From Pseudomonadota bacterium (GTDB lineage: Bacteria > Campylobacterota > Campylobacteria > Campylobacterales > Sulfurimonadaceae), in the NCBI GenBank assembly GCA_043797085.1, contig JAZDQA010000013.1, positions 128,001-192,000 on the forward strand: a stretch of DNA of 64,000 nucleotides. The letters are read 5' to 3'. The position numbers were made by a program, and so were the translations under genes. Position 1 is the first letter of the stretch. Each line of letters opens with the position of its first letter. The notes under the pieces are model-generated. The model saw only the letters and a list, made by a program, of their open reading frames with translations, was not told the DNA's origin and made no database searches. Positions 1 through 11,878 of the stretch are shown in pieces.

Positions 1-1930
<1,930 letters not shown>

Positions 1931-2091
1931 TCAATCGAAATTTTGATCCCAAGAACGGGATATAAAGTGTAAAGTCTAAAAGTTGAGCATCCCCAACCCT
2001 ATAACGACGGATGGGCACTCTTCCGAAATGAAAAAATCAATTCGGAAAAGCGCCCGCATAATGGAGGCGAGTGCCTCCAATCATCAAATAA

Positions 2092-2460
2092 TTATTTGAC
2101 TTCGACCACAGCACCAGCTTCTTCAAGCTCTTTTTTAGCTGCTTCAGCATCGGTTTTAGAGATACCTTCTTTGATAGTTGTAGGAGCGTTATCAACAGCA
2201 TCTTTAGCCTCTTTGAGACCAAGACCTGTCATTGCGCGTACTACTTTAATAACGTTGATTTTCTTCTCACCAGCGTCTTTTAAGATAACATCAAATTCAG
2301 TTTTTTCTTCAACTTCAACAGCAGCAACTGCGCCGCCTGCAACCGCTACCGGTTGAGCAGATACTCCGAATTTTTCTTCGAATTCTTTTACAAGCTCAGA
2401 AAGCTCGAGGACAGAAAGGTTTGAGATAAACTCAAGAACGTCTTGTTTTGTAACAGCCAT
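2092..2460 (-). CDS. rplL: 50S ribosomal protein L7/L12
   Basis: [33 protein letters not shown] motifs; operon position. Confidence 0.98.
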   Translation of the reverse strand: MAVTKQDVLEFISNLSVLELSELVKEFEEKFGVSAQPVAVAGGAVAAVEVEEKTEFDVILKDAGEKKINVIKVVRAMTGLGLKEAKDAVDNAPTTIKEGISKTDAEAAKKELEEAGAVVEVK

Positions 2461-2524
2461 AATAATTCTCCTATAAGTATTTTTTTATGCCGATAATAAA
2501 ATCAGCGATTTTTCAAAGCAACAG

Positions 2525-3013
2525 TTACGCTGCTGCCTCTTCTTCACGTTTATTCTTAAGCGCATCGAGTCCGATTGTAAAGTTGCGAACTGGTCCCATC
2601 CAAACAGATGCGAGCATCCCAAGCAATTCTTCACGACCAGGAAGGGTGGCGAATGCGCGAACTTTTGCTTCATCAGCGGCTTGACCGTCGATGTATGCAG
2701 TACGAAGAGTGAATTTATCATTCAACTTTGCAAAATCAACAACGGTTTTTGCTGCAGCGATAGCATCAGAACCCCAAACAAAGATATTTGTATCAACGAT
2801 GTCGATACCGCTCATACCAGCATTATTCAAAGCGATGGTTGCAAGGGTATTTTTAACCACTTGAACTTTTGTCTCTTTTTCACGTGCCATTTTACGGAGA
2901 GACTCGAGGTTACTTACAGTAAGACCGCGATAATCACACATAACAACAGCATTTGCTGATTTGAACTCTTCGGTCAAAGTGTTAACAATCTCAGATTTTT
3001 GTGTTTTGTTCAT
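2525..3013 (-). CDS. rplJ: 50S ribosomal protein L10
   Basis: DYRGLTV, VVKNTLA, LPGREELLG motifs; between rplA and rplL. Confidence 0.97.
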   Translation of the reverse strand: MNKTQKSEIVNTLTEEFKSANAVVMCDYRGLTVSNLESLRKMAREKETKVQVVKNTLATIALNNAGMSGIDIVDTNIFVWGSDAIAAAKTVVDFAKLNDKFTLRTAYIDGQAADEAKVRAFATLPGREELLGMLASVWMGPVRNFTIGLDALKNKREEEAAA

Positions 3014-3025
3014 TATTTCTCCTTT

Positions 3026-3095
3026 CCAGACAGTAACTTCAAGCGGGGCGGATAAACCCGATTAAGACTTTCGTCCCCTACTCTCTTCAGTCCAC
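3026..3095 (-). promoter_or_regulatory. L10 leader (ribosomal protein autoregulatory RNA)
   Basis: Minus-strand leader CTGAAGAGAGTAGGGG-ACGAAAGTC-TTAAT-CGGGTTTATCCG-CCCCGCTTGAAG resembles the GAAGAnnGUAGG...UUAA...CC L10-leader pattern, just upstream of the rplJ RBS (AAGGAG). Confidence 0.7.
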
Positions 3096-3145
3096 AAGAT
3101 AAATTTACCATTTGATTTTAAATGCCTCTAAAAAGAGGCAAAAAT

Positions 3146-3844
3146 TTACGCTCTAATATCAAGAAGTTCTTGAATATCAAATTTTATTGCAGGACTCATA
3201 GTGAGTGAAAGCGCTGCATTTTTGATGTAACGACCTTTAGCCGTTGATGGTTTTGCACGGTTGATAGCACTAACAAATGCTTTAATATTTTCAGCAATTT
3301 TATCCGTATCGAAACTTACTTTACCGATACCTGCATGGATGTTACCTTTTTTGTCAACACGGAAATTAACTTGTCCGCCTTTAACATTGCTGACCGCTTT
3401 TGCGATGTCAGCTGTAACTGTTCCTGTTTTAGGATTTGGCATCATCCCTTTTGGTCCAAGGATACGTCCTACTTGACCAACAAGACCCATACAATCAGGT
3501 GCAGCAACAACGATATCAAAAGGCATATTTCCGGCTTTAATCATATCAACCAAATCTTCAGCACCGACAATGTCAGCACCCGCAGCTTTAGCTTCGTCTA
3601 CTTTAGCGCCTTTAGCGAAAACCGCTACGCGGACCACTTTACCCGTACCGTGAGGAAGCACAACCGCGCCACGGATCATTTGGTCAGCATGACGAGGATC
3701 AACGTTAAGATTAAGTGCAATCTCAACGGTTTCGTCAAATTTAGCCGATTTAAGTTCTTTAATGAACTCAGAAGCATCAGCTACTGTGTAGCTTTTTGCC
3801 ATATCAATTTTTTCACTCAAGTTTTTGTAGCGTTTTCCAGCCAT
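3146..3844 (-). CDS. rplA: 50S ribosomal protein L1
   Basis: [38 protein letters not shown]. Confidence 0.98.
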   Translation of the reverse strand: MAGKRYKNLSEKIDMAKSYTVADASEFIKELKSAKFDETVEIALNLNVDPRHADQMIRGAVVLPHGTGKVVRVAVFAKGAKVDEAKAAGADIVGAEDLVDMIKAGNMPFDIVVAAPDCMGLVGQVGRILGPKGMMPNPKTGTVTADIAKAVSNVKGGQVNFRVDKKGNIHAGIGKVSFDTDKIAENIKAFVSAINRAKPSTAKGRYIKNAALSLTMSPAIKFDIQELLDIRA

Positions 3845-3920
3845 TTTAATTCTCCAATAATAGAATCTGCCGCAAGATTTAACCTCTTTGCGGTCGAAGA
3901 GTTTTGCTAAGACACCATTA

Positions 3921-3995
3921 AATCTACCTCGAGAGAGGCTAGCTTCAGTAGTCCAAGCGACTAGCGTAGTAAAAGGAAGAAGTTCCTTTTACGTT
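3921..3995 (-). repeat. Three-hairpin intergenic repeat, copy A (after rplK)
   Basis: + strand AATCTACCTCGAGAGAGGCTAGCTTCAGTAGTCCAAGCGACTAGCGTA-GTAAAAGGAA gaag TTCCTTTTAC-GTT; aligns with copies at 21040, 26708 and 43110. Confidence 0.85.
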
Positions 3996-3996
3996 A

Positions 3997-4422
3997 TTAA
4001 TCAATAATATCAACACCCATTGAACGGCATGAACCGGCGATAGTAGCAGATGCAGCCTCAACACAATCAGTATTCATATCTTGAATTTTTTGCTTGACGA
4101 TTTCCATCAACTGATCTTTAGTGATTTTACCCACTTTGTTTTTCATCGGATTATCAGTCCCTTTTTTAAGACCCGCTGCTCTCATGATGAGTGCAGATGC
4201 CGGAGGCTGTTTTGTGATGAATGAAAACGTTTTATCCGCATATACAGTAATAACAACAGGGAGTTTAAAACCTGCCTTATCTTTTGTACGCTCGTTGAAC
4301 GCCTTACAAAATTCCATGATGTTAACACCACGTTGACCGAGTGCTGGTCCAACCGGAGGGGCTGGATTAGCAGCGCCTGCATTAACTTGTAGCTTGATGT
4401 AGCCCGTAATTTTCTTTGCCAT
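3997..4422 (-). CDS. rplK: 50S ribosomal protein L11
   Basis: [24 protein letters not shown]. Confidence 0.98.
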   Translation of the reverse strand: MAKKITGYIKLQVNAGAANPAPPVGPALGQRGVNIMEFCKAFNERTKDKAGFKLPVVITVYADKTFSFITKQPPASALIMRAAGLKKGTDNPMKNKVGKITKDQLMEIVKQKIQDMNTDCVEAASATIAGSCRSMGVDIID

Positions 4423-4443
4423 TTGTGCTTCCTTTTTTTGAGA

Positions 4444-4974
4444 TTAAATAATTTTTTCGACTTGCGTGTACGAAATATCTACTGGCGTACTACGTCCAAA
4501 GATAGATACATTGAGCTTTAACGTACCGTGCTCAAGGTCATACTCATCAACAGTACCCGTGAAGTTCGCGAATGGACCATCAACGATACGAACCATCTCA
4601 CCATTATCAAAAAATACTTTTGGTTTTGGCGCAGAACGGTTGGCTACACGATCCAAGATAACTGCAATATCATTTTCACTAAGTGGTGTCGGCTTGCTTC
4701 CCTCACCAATGAATCCTGCAACACGCGGGAGAGATTGAATGCGATGCTGCAAATCAATACTGAGATCCATCAATGCAAAAACATAACCTGAATACAATGA
4801 GCGTTCAGTAATTTTCTTTTTACCATTTTTTACTTCGATAACATCTTCTGTAGGGACGATTACCTCAGTAATGACTTCTTCAAGATGATTTTCAGCAATG
4901 ATATTTTCAATAGCTGATTTTACGCTGCGCTCACTGCCTGCATAGGTTTGAATTGAGTACCAAAGATGTGCCAT
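4444..4974 (-). CDS. nusG: Transcription termination/antitermination factor NusG
   Basis: WYSIQTYAGSE N-domain; KOW motif GEMVRIVDGPFANFTG; IFGRSTPV. Confidence 0.98.
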   Translation of the reverse strand: MAHLWYSIQTYAGSERSVKSAIENIIAENHLEEVITEVIVPTEDVIEVKNGKKKITERSLYSGYVFALMDLSIDLQHRIQSLPRVAGFIGEGSKPTPLSENDIAVILDRVANRSAPKPKVFFDNGEMVRIVDGPFANFTGTVDEYDLEHGTLKLNVSIFGRSTPVDISYTQVEKII

Positions 4975-4983
4975 AGTTTTTCC

Positions 4984-5169
4984 TTAACTCAAAATTGCTG
5001 AAACAGTAGAAGACATAATAAAGTCAACCAATGCTAAAAACAAAACTACAAAAGTAACAACAATGATGACTGCTATAAACGCTTGCTTTACTTGTGGTTT
5101 TGTTGGAAAAATAACTTTTGCAAGTTCTAACTTCGCTTGACGAAAAGTATTAGTAACACTGTTTTTCAT
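4984..5169 (-). CDS. secE: Preprotein translocase subunit SecE
   Basis: ELAKVIFP motif plus a single TM helix; between tRNA-Trp and nusG. Confidence 0.95.
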   Translation of the reverse strand: MKNSVTNTFRQAKLELAKVIFPTKPQVKQAFIAVIIVVTFVVLFLALVDFIMSSTVSAILS

Positions 5170-5230
5170 TTTTTACCCTTAGGACATTTCGAACCAATAA
5201 AGCCCGTGGGCACCATTAGTTAAAAATGGG

Positions 5231-5306
5231 TGGCAGGCCAGGGGGGATTCGAACCCGCAACCATCGGATTTGGAATCCGGCGCTCTACCATTGGAGCTAC
5301 TGACCT
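5231..5306 (-). tRNA. tRNA-Trp (CCA)
   Basis: AGGTCAG...CTGGCCT-GCCA acceptor stem, anticodon loop TTCCAAA, GTTCGAATC T-loop. Confidence 0.95.
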
Positions 5307-5330
5307 ATAAAATCCCCGAGGGGAAAACCT

Positions 5331-5483
5331 TTAAAGTTTTGCTTCTTTATGAATCGTGTGTTCACGACAAAATTTACAAAACTTTTTAGCTGAGAATTTC
5401 TCAGTGTGAGTTTTTTTATTTTTAGTGATGTGATAGTTACGACGTGTGCACTTTTCACAAGCTAAATGGATATTTTCGCGCAT
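5331..5483 (-). CDS. rpmG: 50S ribosomal protein L33 (zinc-binding C+ type), 50 aa
   Basis: Hand translation MRENIHLACEKCTRRNYHITKNKKTHTEKFSAKKFCKFCREHTIHKEAKL; below the ORF track length cutoff. Confidence 0.95.
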   Translation of the reverse strand: MRENIHLACEKCTRRNYHITKNKKTHTEKFSAKKFCKFCREHTIHKEAKL

Positions 5484-5520
5484 GTTTACCCTTATAGTCC
5501 AACCCTAAGGTTGGGAGAAA

Positions 5521-6720
5521 TTATGCAAGGATTTTAGAAACAACCCCAGCACCTACAGTACGTCCACCTTCACGAATAGCGAAGCGAGTACCCTCTTCCA
5601 TCGCGATTGGATGGATTAATTCAGCAATAATTTTTACGTTGTCGCCAGGCATAACCATTTCAGTGCCCTCTTGAAGAGAGATAGCACCTGTACAGTCTGT
5701 TGTACGAACGTAGAATTGTGGACGGTAACCATTGAAGAATGGAGTATGACGTCCACCCTCTTCTTTGCTCAATACATAAATCTCAGCCTCAAATTTTGTG
5801 TGAGGATTGATTGATTTAGGCTTACAAAGAACTTGACCACGTTCAACATCTTCTTTCTTAGTACCACGAAGAAGAACTCCACAGTTATCGCCTGCTTCAC
5901 CCATCTCCATTTCTTTACGGAACATTTCAACACCTGTTACAGTTGTTGTTTGTGTATCACGGATACCTACGATTTCGATTGTTTCACCGATTTTGATAGT
6001 ACCACGCTCAATACGACCTGTTACAACCGTACCACGTCCTGAGATTGAGAAAACGTCTTCTACCGGCATCAAGAAATCTTTTTCAGTTTCACGAATTGGC
6101 TGAGGGATATAACGATCCACTTCGTCCATCAATTTGATGATTTTATCAGCCCATGGTCCAAGAGCACCAGCTTTTGCTTCTTCAAGTGCACGTAATGCAG
6201 AACCTGCAACGATAGGAGTATCATCACCAGGGAATTCATACATATCGAGAAGTTCACGAATTTCCATCTCTACTAGCTCAAGAAGTTCTTCATCATCAAC
6301 CATATCTTCTTTGTTCATGAAAACAACGATGTATGGAACACCAACTTGGCGTGAAAGAAGAATGTGCTCACGAGTTTGTGGCATTGGGCCATCCGCTGCA
6401 GAAACAACAAGAATAGCACCATCCATTTGTGCAGCACCAGTAATCATGTTTTTAACATAGTCGGCGTGTCCAGGACAGTCAACGTGTGCATAGTGACGAT
6501 TTTCTGTTTCATACTCAACGTGTGATGTAGCGATAGTAATACCGCGCTCGCGCTCTTCAGGAGCATTATCGATTTGATCGTAGTCCATGAATTTCGCACC
6601 AGTTTTAGTTGCCAAAACAGCGGTAATTGCTGCTGTCAACGTAGTTTTACCGTGGTCAACGTGACCGATTGTACCGATGTTGCAGTGTGGTTTAGTACGT
6701 GCAAACTTTTCTTTTGCCAT
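5521..6720 (-). CDS. tuf: Elongation factor Tu (start MAKEKF at 6720, RBS GGAGG)
   Basis: [24 protein letters not shown] GTPase motifs. Confidence 0.99.
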   Translation of the reverse strand: MAKEKFARTKPHCNIGTIGHVDHGKTTLTAAITAVLATKTGAKFMDYDQIDNAPEERERGITIATSHVEYETENRHYAHVDCPGHADYVKNMITGAAQMDGAILVVSAADGPMPQTREHILLSRQVGVPYIVVFMNKEDMVDDEELLELVEMEIRELLDMYEFPGDDTPIVAGSALRALEEAKAGALGPWADKIIKLMDEVDRYIPQPIRETEKDFLMPVEDVFSISGRGTVVTGRIERGTIKIGETIEIVGIRDTQTTTVTGVEMFRKEMEMGEAGDNCGVLLRGTKKEDVERGQVLCKPKSINPHTKFEAEIYVLSKEEGGRHTPFFNGYRPQFYVRTTDCTGAISLQEGTEMVMPGDNVKIIAELIHPIAMEEGTRFAIREGGRTVGAGVVSKILA

Positions 6721-6756
6721 AGTGTCCTCCGACTTAATATTGTAAACGAAAATGGA

Positions 6757-6762
6757 ATTATA
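6757..6762 (-). promoter_or_regulatory. Putative sigma-70 -10 box for tuf
   Basis: GGTATAAT on the minus strand ~37 nt upstream of the tuf ATG. Confidence 0.55.
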
Positions 6763-6816
6763 CCTAAAAACAGCTGAAATAGCTTTCAAGCTTTCAAAAA
6801 ATTACAAAAATATTAC

Positions 6817-6891
<75 letters not shown>

Positions 6892-6994
6892 ATATAAAGA
6901 CAATAATAAAATGAATTTTGGAAGCTTAAAAACTATTTTTGTTTTAAGGTAATTGATGAAGTAGTAATTATGAAATGTATACTTCAGCTCCCAG

Positions 6995-7071
<77 letters not shown>

Positions 7072-7076
7072 ATACA

Positions 7077-7162
<86 letters not shown>

Positions 7163-7216
7163 ACGGCCTAATCTGGTCTAACACTGATAAATTTAACGCA
7201 TTCCGATTTCGTTCAA

Positions 7217-7293
7217 TGGTGCCGGCACGAGGACTTGAACCCCGGGCCTGCTGATTACAAATCAGCTGCTCTAGCCAACTGAGCTATGCCGGC
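7217..7293 (-). tRNA. tRNA-Thr (TGT)
   Basis: GCCGGCA...TGCCGGC-ACCA; anticodon arm GCTGA-TTTGTAA-TCAGC. Confidence 0.96.
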
Positions 7294-7313
7294 GTTGGCG
7301 AAATGGAGCTGAA

Positions 7314-7319
7314 ATTATA
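7314..7319 (-). promoter_or_regulatory. Putative -10 box of the tRNA-tuf operon
   Basis: TATAAT on the minus strand 20 nt upstream of tRNA-Thr(TGT). Confidence 0.6.
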
Positions 7320-7359
7320 GTTTCTTTTTATCAATAAGTCAAGGGCAATTCAAAAGAAA

Positions 7360-8097
7360 TTAAACAATAGTGTAAATAATCTCTTTTTTCTTCTTGGTTT
7401 GAATTATTTCACTCAAAACCAGCCCCTCAATATTCAATGCTAAAAATTCTTCTACACTCTGGACTTGATGCGTAGCTGCTGCGCGCAATACAACCCCTCG
7501 ATACGCTTTTGCCCAATGACTAACCACTTTACCCTCTTTTAAAAACTTCAATGTAGTGATTGGATTTTTGGGGATATAAAATTTATCATAAAACCCTGCA
7601 CGTAAATCTAATATCTCTTGATTGTCAATAATTGCATCCAGCGGATCACTAAAATGCTCTTTATAAAATTTTTCGCAAGCAAGCCCCTCTATCGAAGCTC
7701 CTTGTTTTAGTTTATAATCAGGTATTACATCCCCTGCACGAATCGGACCGAACAGATTAGAAAAAACGATGACATTTGAATCAATATATTCCTGAGCCGA
7801 TTCAGAGAGAGTAGGATAATTTAGATAATCATAGGCTACTCCATCGTAACGCAGTACTGCTTTCATTGTGGGAGCTTCATAAAAAGCAATTTTGTAGCGT
7901 TTGAACTCACCGGTATCTTTAATGCCAAAAAGGGCTTCAAGAGCTTCGTTGCACCCTTGACGAACGACTTTTTGATAACGCTCCATTATCTCAAGGCGTT
8001 TAGAATAATATTGGGGGAAAATCAATGAAGATTCACAAAGAGGAGGAAGCGTTCCCCCTTCACGTTTGCCTTCACTGGGTGCAAATAGAATAATCAT
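7360..8097 (-). CDS. yaaA: YaaA family (DUF328) peroxide-stress protein
   Basis: ILFAPSEGK N-terminus, AVLRYDGVAYDYL, SNLFGPI, SHWAKAYRG. Confidence 0.88.
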   Translation of the reverse strand: MIILFAPSEGKREGGTLPPLCESSLIFPQYYSKRLEIMERYQKVVRQGCNEALEALFGIKDTGEFKRYKIAFYEAPTMKAVLRYDGVAYDYLNYPTLSESAQEYIDSNVIVFSNLFGPIRAGDVIPDYKLKQGASIEGLACEKFYKEHFSDPLDAIIDNQEILDLRAGFYDKFYIPKNPITTLKFLKEGKVVSHWAKAYRGVVLRAAATHQVQSVEEFLALNIEGLVLSEIIQTKKKKEIIYTIV

Positions 8098-8100
8098 GGA

Positions 8101-9249
8101 TTAGTAGTATGCGGCAATTATCGCGTAGCTGATAAAGAACATCAGATGTGATGCCCCCTCAAAATAGTTGGTTTCGCCCTCTTCGGTCGTTTTCCATACC
8201 AATATGATTGTCAGCAGCAATGCCCCGATTTGAAGCGGATTAAAATCGAGGGTGAGATTGATCCCTGAGAAGTAAGCTAACATCATCAAAATCGGAACTG
8301 TTAAAATAATCGATACCGTAGACGCTCCCATAGCAATATTAACAACCCGTTGAATTTGGTCGTTACGAGCTGCACGTACTGCCGTAAATATTTCGGGTGA
8401 TACGCTGATAATGGCAATAACCAATCCTGCCAAACCTGCTGATATTCCGTATTCACGCGCAATTTTTACCCCATGTCCAGCGAATATTTCTGCCCCGAAA
8501 GCAATCATCCCAATCAAAACAAAAATAACAATAAAATTCATTACCGTACTGAGATGCTCGAAAATGTAGTCACTTGAATCATTTTCATCTATTTCGCCTT
8601 CACTCTCTTGAATCTTTCGTTTAAGGCGAAAAAAACGGCTTCGAGCAGTCGCTTTGAAAAAATGGGTATGCGTACGTGTTTGAAAAATAAAAATGATAAG
8701 ATAAAAGAACATCAATACGCCGGCAATCAAATGACTCACCTGCGTCAAAGACTCGATGCCATGATCGGTATGAGTTAACAATCCCGGTACTAAAAGTGCC
8801 GATGACGCAACGAATAAAACGGTACTGTAGGCACTGGATGTCTCTTTGTTATGCTGCTGCTGAGTAAAAGCAAGTCCACCTAAAAAGACAGAAAGACCAA
8901 GCAGTACATTTAAATCAACAATGACTGCAGAAATAATCCCCCCTTTGACTGTTTCAAGCACTTCAGGCGAATGGCGTACTTCTAACAAAATAATGTACAG
9001 AAGGATAATTTCAACAATAACGGCACTAAAAGTAAGTACGAAGCTTCCATAGGGTTCATGGAGGCGTTCTGAGAGAATGTCGGCAACCTCTGCAACTGTA
9101 AGAGAAAGAGCAGCAATAGCAATAGCAGATGCAAGCGTTGCGAGAGTTCCCTCACCTTGATAATGAGCGTAGAATGCAAATACAAGAGAGAATATTCCTA
9201 CAAAAATATCCCAGTAATCTTCTATAAAATAGCGAATTCGCCTATCCAA
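8101..9249 (-). CDS. Ca2+/H+ antiporter (CaCA/Cax family)
   Basis: About 10 TM helices, two alpha repeats (FSAVIVE; ISVSPE...NIAMGAS), acidic central loop, GETNYFEG. Confidence 0.85.
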   Translation of the reverse strand: MDRRIRYFIEDYWDIFVGIFSLVFAFYAHYQGEGTLATLASAIAIAALSLTVAEVADILSERLHEPYGSFVLTFSAVIVEIILLYIILLEVRHSPEVLETVKGGIISAVIVDLNVLLGLSVFLGGLAFTQQQHNKETSSAYSTVLFVASSALLVPGLLTHTDHGIESLTQVSHLIAGVLMFFYLIIFIFQTRTHTHFFKATARSRFFRLKRKIQESEGEIDENDSSDYIFEHLSTVMNFIVIFVLIGMIAFGAEIFAGHGVKIAREYGISAGLAGLVIAIISVSPEIFTAVRAARNDQIQRVVNIAMGASTVSIILTVPILMMLAYFSGINLTLDFNPLQIGALLLTIILVWKTTEEGETNYFEGASHLMFFISYAIIAAYY

Positions 9250-9297
9250 GTGGATATCCTTTTGTGGTTAAAATTAAAATCATTGCACCTACACTCA

Positions 9298-10251
9298 TTA
9301 AATCCACCCTTTACGCTTGAAAAGGTAGAGAGGAAGTACGGATGAGCAAACCATCAAAAATATTGATACCAAATAACCATAATCCCATTGTAATTCAGGC
9401 ATAAAATCAAAATTCATCCCATAAATACTTGCAATCAATGTCGGCGGCAAGAAAATAACGTTCATAATGGCAAATATTTTAATAACTTTGTTTTGCTCAA
9501 TACTCAAAAGCCCTACGAAAATATTTTGGAGGTATTCGAGTCTCTCAAAATTAAAATCGGTATAATCAATCAATGATTTAATGTCTTTTAACATAATGGC
9601 GACATCATTTTTTAAAGCAGCTTTATACTTTGTTGATTTTAAAAAAGAGCTCAGAATACGTTGTTTGTCGTTAAGATTTTCACGCAGTTGCATGTTCAAG
9701 TCTTCTAATGATGAAATACGTTCCAGTATCTCTTCATCATCATTGGTATAGTCCGTAAAAACGTGCTTACGAAGACGGGTAATATCACGCGAAAGTTTTT
9801 CAATAACGTCCGCATCCGCATCGATTCTAATATCTAAAATTTGACAAAAAATATCATAACCACTCTCAAATTGTTTGGGTGCAGCAAAAAATTTCCGATT
9901 AAATTCATCAAAAGTGTAAAGTGATGTATAGCGAATAGAGATAAGAAGATTTTTATAGAGGATAAACGATACGGTTTCATTATGCGAATTTTGAGCAGCA
10001 TTAATCAGGAAAAAGCTATTAATCTCGATACGGTCATTCTCTTCCCAATAACGCGAACTGATCTCGATCTCTTCGGTCTCTTGCTTGGTCGGGAATTTAA
10101 TGTCAAAGGTATTTTCGATAAAAACAATCTCATCGTAGGTTGGCATCAACATATCAATCCAAATTACTTTGTCAATATTGTCTCCATCAAGCTCACTCAT
10201 CGTATCGATTAGGGCAATGGCATTCTCATTTTTTACAAAACATTTAATCAT
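9298..10251 (-). CDS. corA: Magnesium/cobalt transporter CorA
   Basis: FLPPTLIASIYGMNFDFMPEL, FKRKGWI C-terminus. Confidence 0.96.
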   Translation of the reverse strand: MIKCFVKNENAIALIDTMSELDGDNIDKVIWIDMLMPTYDEIVFIENTFDIKFPTKQETEEIEISSRYWEENDRIEINSFFLINAAQNSHNETVSFILYKNLLISIRYTSLYTFDEFNRKFFAAPKQFESGYDIFCQILDIRIDADADVIEKLSRDITRLRKHVFTDYTNDDEEILERISSLEDLNMQLRENLNDKQRILSSFLKSTKYKAALKNDVAIMLKDIKSLIDYTDFNFERLEYLQNIFVGLLSIEQNKVIKIFAIMNVIFLPPTLIASIYGMNFDFMPELQWDYGYLVSIFLMVCSSVLPLYLFKRKGWI

Positions 10252-11126
10252 GACAACACCTCTTTATTGAATCGTTCTTTATAACTGCATTTTTGACACA
10301 ATTCTTCATGCGCAACATGACGTGCAAAGCTGCTCACAATATCACAAGAACGTTTGGATGATAGAATTTTACCCAAATTTGTTGCGTGTAGGTTACCAAG
10401 TTCCATCACACCCTCTCCATCCAAACAACAAGGGACGACTCGTCCATCAGCTAAAATAGCGATTTGTTTACTCAAACCATGACAATAGCCATCGCCTACA
10501 GCCTCATTTTTAAGGCTTGGCCATTGAAAATAGCGGTCAAAATGGAGTAGTATTTTCGATGCTAACCGAATCGATTGGCGTTCACCGCTTAGATTTTCTG
10601 CAAGTAATTTAAGCTCAAAGTGTTTTTCAATCACTCCAAAAAGCTGCTCATTAAACTCGGACTCACTGAAAATATCATCAAGATTCCATAGTCGTAGATT
10701 AATGAAAAAATCACTTTTTTTATCAAGTTTCTCATCACAAAGAGATAAAATTTGCTCTAAATAAGCTTCAAAACTACGAGCGACGCTATTTTTATTAAAA
10801 CTATTGAGGGAAATATTGACTTGACGGATGGAAGGGTGAAAAAGAGTAGATCGGCGCTGTTCATCGAGATAAAAACCACTCGTGGTAATCATCACCTTAA
10901 AACCTAATGCATGAGCGCAATCGAGATAATCACCAAGATTTGACAACACCATCGGGTCACCCATAACATGCAAAGCTATCTCATCAGTATACGGCTTTAA
11001 CTCTTTTAGCACTTGTTCAAAAAACGAGAGTTCCATTGTCTGTGTCGGAGACTCTTTGGGGGGGCAAAAACTGCACGCTAAACCGCAAATATTAGTTATT
11101 TCAATGTAGGCACGGAAAAATTTCAC
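10248..11126 (-). CDS. Radical SAM/SPASM domain protein
   Basis: CGLACSFC motif; C-terminal C...DGRVVPCC...CQKC SPASM/twitch pattern. Confidence 0.88.
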   Translation of the reverse strand: MKFFRAYIEITNICGLACSFCPPKESPTQTMELSFFEQVLKELKPYTDEIALHVMGDPMVLSNLGDYLDCAHALGFKVMITTSGFYLDEQRRSTLFHPSIRQVNISLNSFNKNSVARSFEAYLEQILSLCDEKLDKKSDFFINLRLWNLDDIFSESEFNEQLFGVIEKHFELKLLAENLSGERQSIRLASKILLHFDRYFQWPSLKNEAVGDGYCHGLSKQIAILADGRVVPCCLDGEGVMELGNLHATNLGKILSSKRSCDIVSSFARHVAHEELCQKCSYKERFNKEVLS

Positions 11127-11878
11127 GGTAAAAAAGCGACGATCCCTGCAGTGATAGCAACATTAAGCGATTCCACTCCACGGTGCATTGGAATGGAGAC
11201 ACGTAATGTTGAGAGTTCTTCGATTTCACGGCTGACTCCCTCACTCTCATTACCCAACACAAAAATAGCACGAGCAGGGATTTGGAGAGAATAAATATCA
11301 TCTTTTGCATGGGAAGAGAGGGTAATAACACTTGCATTTTTCAAAGGTAAAACATCACTCAACGTCTCACAATAGTAAATAGGGATTTTAAACAGCGTCC
11401 CTGCACTTGCTTTCATCACAAGAGGGGATAGTTTGGTGCTGTTTCGTTTAGGCAAAATAATTCCATCAACACAGCTTGCCGCACATGAGCGAATAATCAT
11501 CCCTAAATTAGCAGGATTATTAATTCCATCCAAAGCTAATAATCGAAAATTGTTTGGAAAATCATTAGAGATAGATTGGGCATTTCGATAGTTTTGCGCT
11601 TCTACGTCCAGCGCCACCCCTTGATCTTGGGAGCTATTTTTTGAAATTCGAGACAAAGCATCTTTAGTATGGTATTTAATCTCAATACCGCGAGCTTCCG
11701 CCAAAGAGAGTATCTCTTCAATGGTTTCATCACTACGATTGCTTTTAGAAAGATGAAGCTTATGAACTTTCACGTTCGTATCTCGCAGTATCTCCACCGC
11801 AACATTGCGGCCATAGAGAGTTATTAACGAATCAAAAAAAGCTTTCTTCTTTAAATATTCAGGAGAATCAATCATCAA
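11123..11878 (-). CDS. TrmH/SpoU family RNA 2'-O-methyltransferase
   Basis: LDGINNPANLGMIIRS, LGNESEG, ESLNVA SPOUT motifs; start may be 11875. Confidence 0.9.
   Translation of the reverse strand: MMIDSPEYLKKKAFFDSLITLYGRNVAVEILRDTNVKVHKLHLSKSNRSDETIEEILSLAEARGIEIKYHTKDALSRISKNSSQDQGVALDVEAQNYRNAQSISNDFPNNFRLLALDGINNPANLGMIIRSCAASCVDGIILPKRNSTKLSPLVMKASAGTLFKIPIYYCETLSDVLPLKNASVITLSSHAKDDIYSLQIPARAIFVLGNESEGVSREIEELSTLRVSIPMHRGVESLNVAITAGIVAFLP

Noticed and set aside
6721..6789. N-terminal extension of EF-Tu in the ORF track
   Set aside because: The conserved start MAKEKF at 6720 has a GGAGG RBS; the extension covers the promoter. The same applies to the track extensions of rpmJ, rpmE, luxS, queE and murE.
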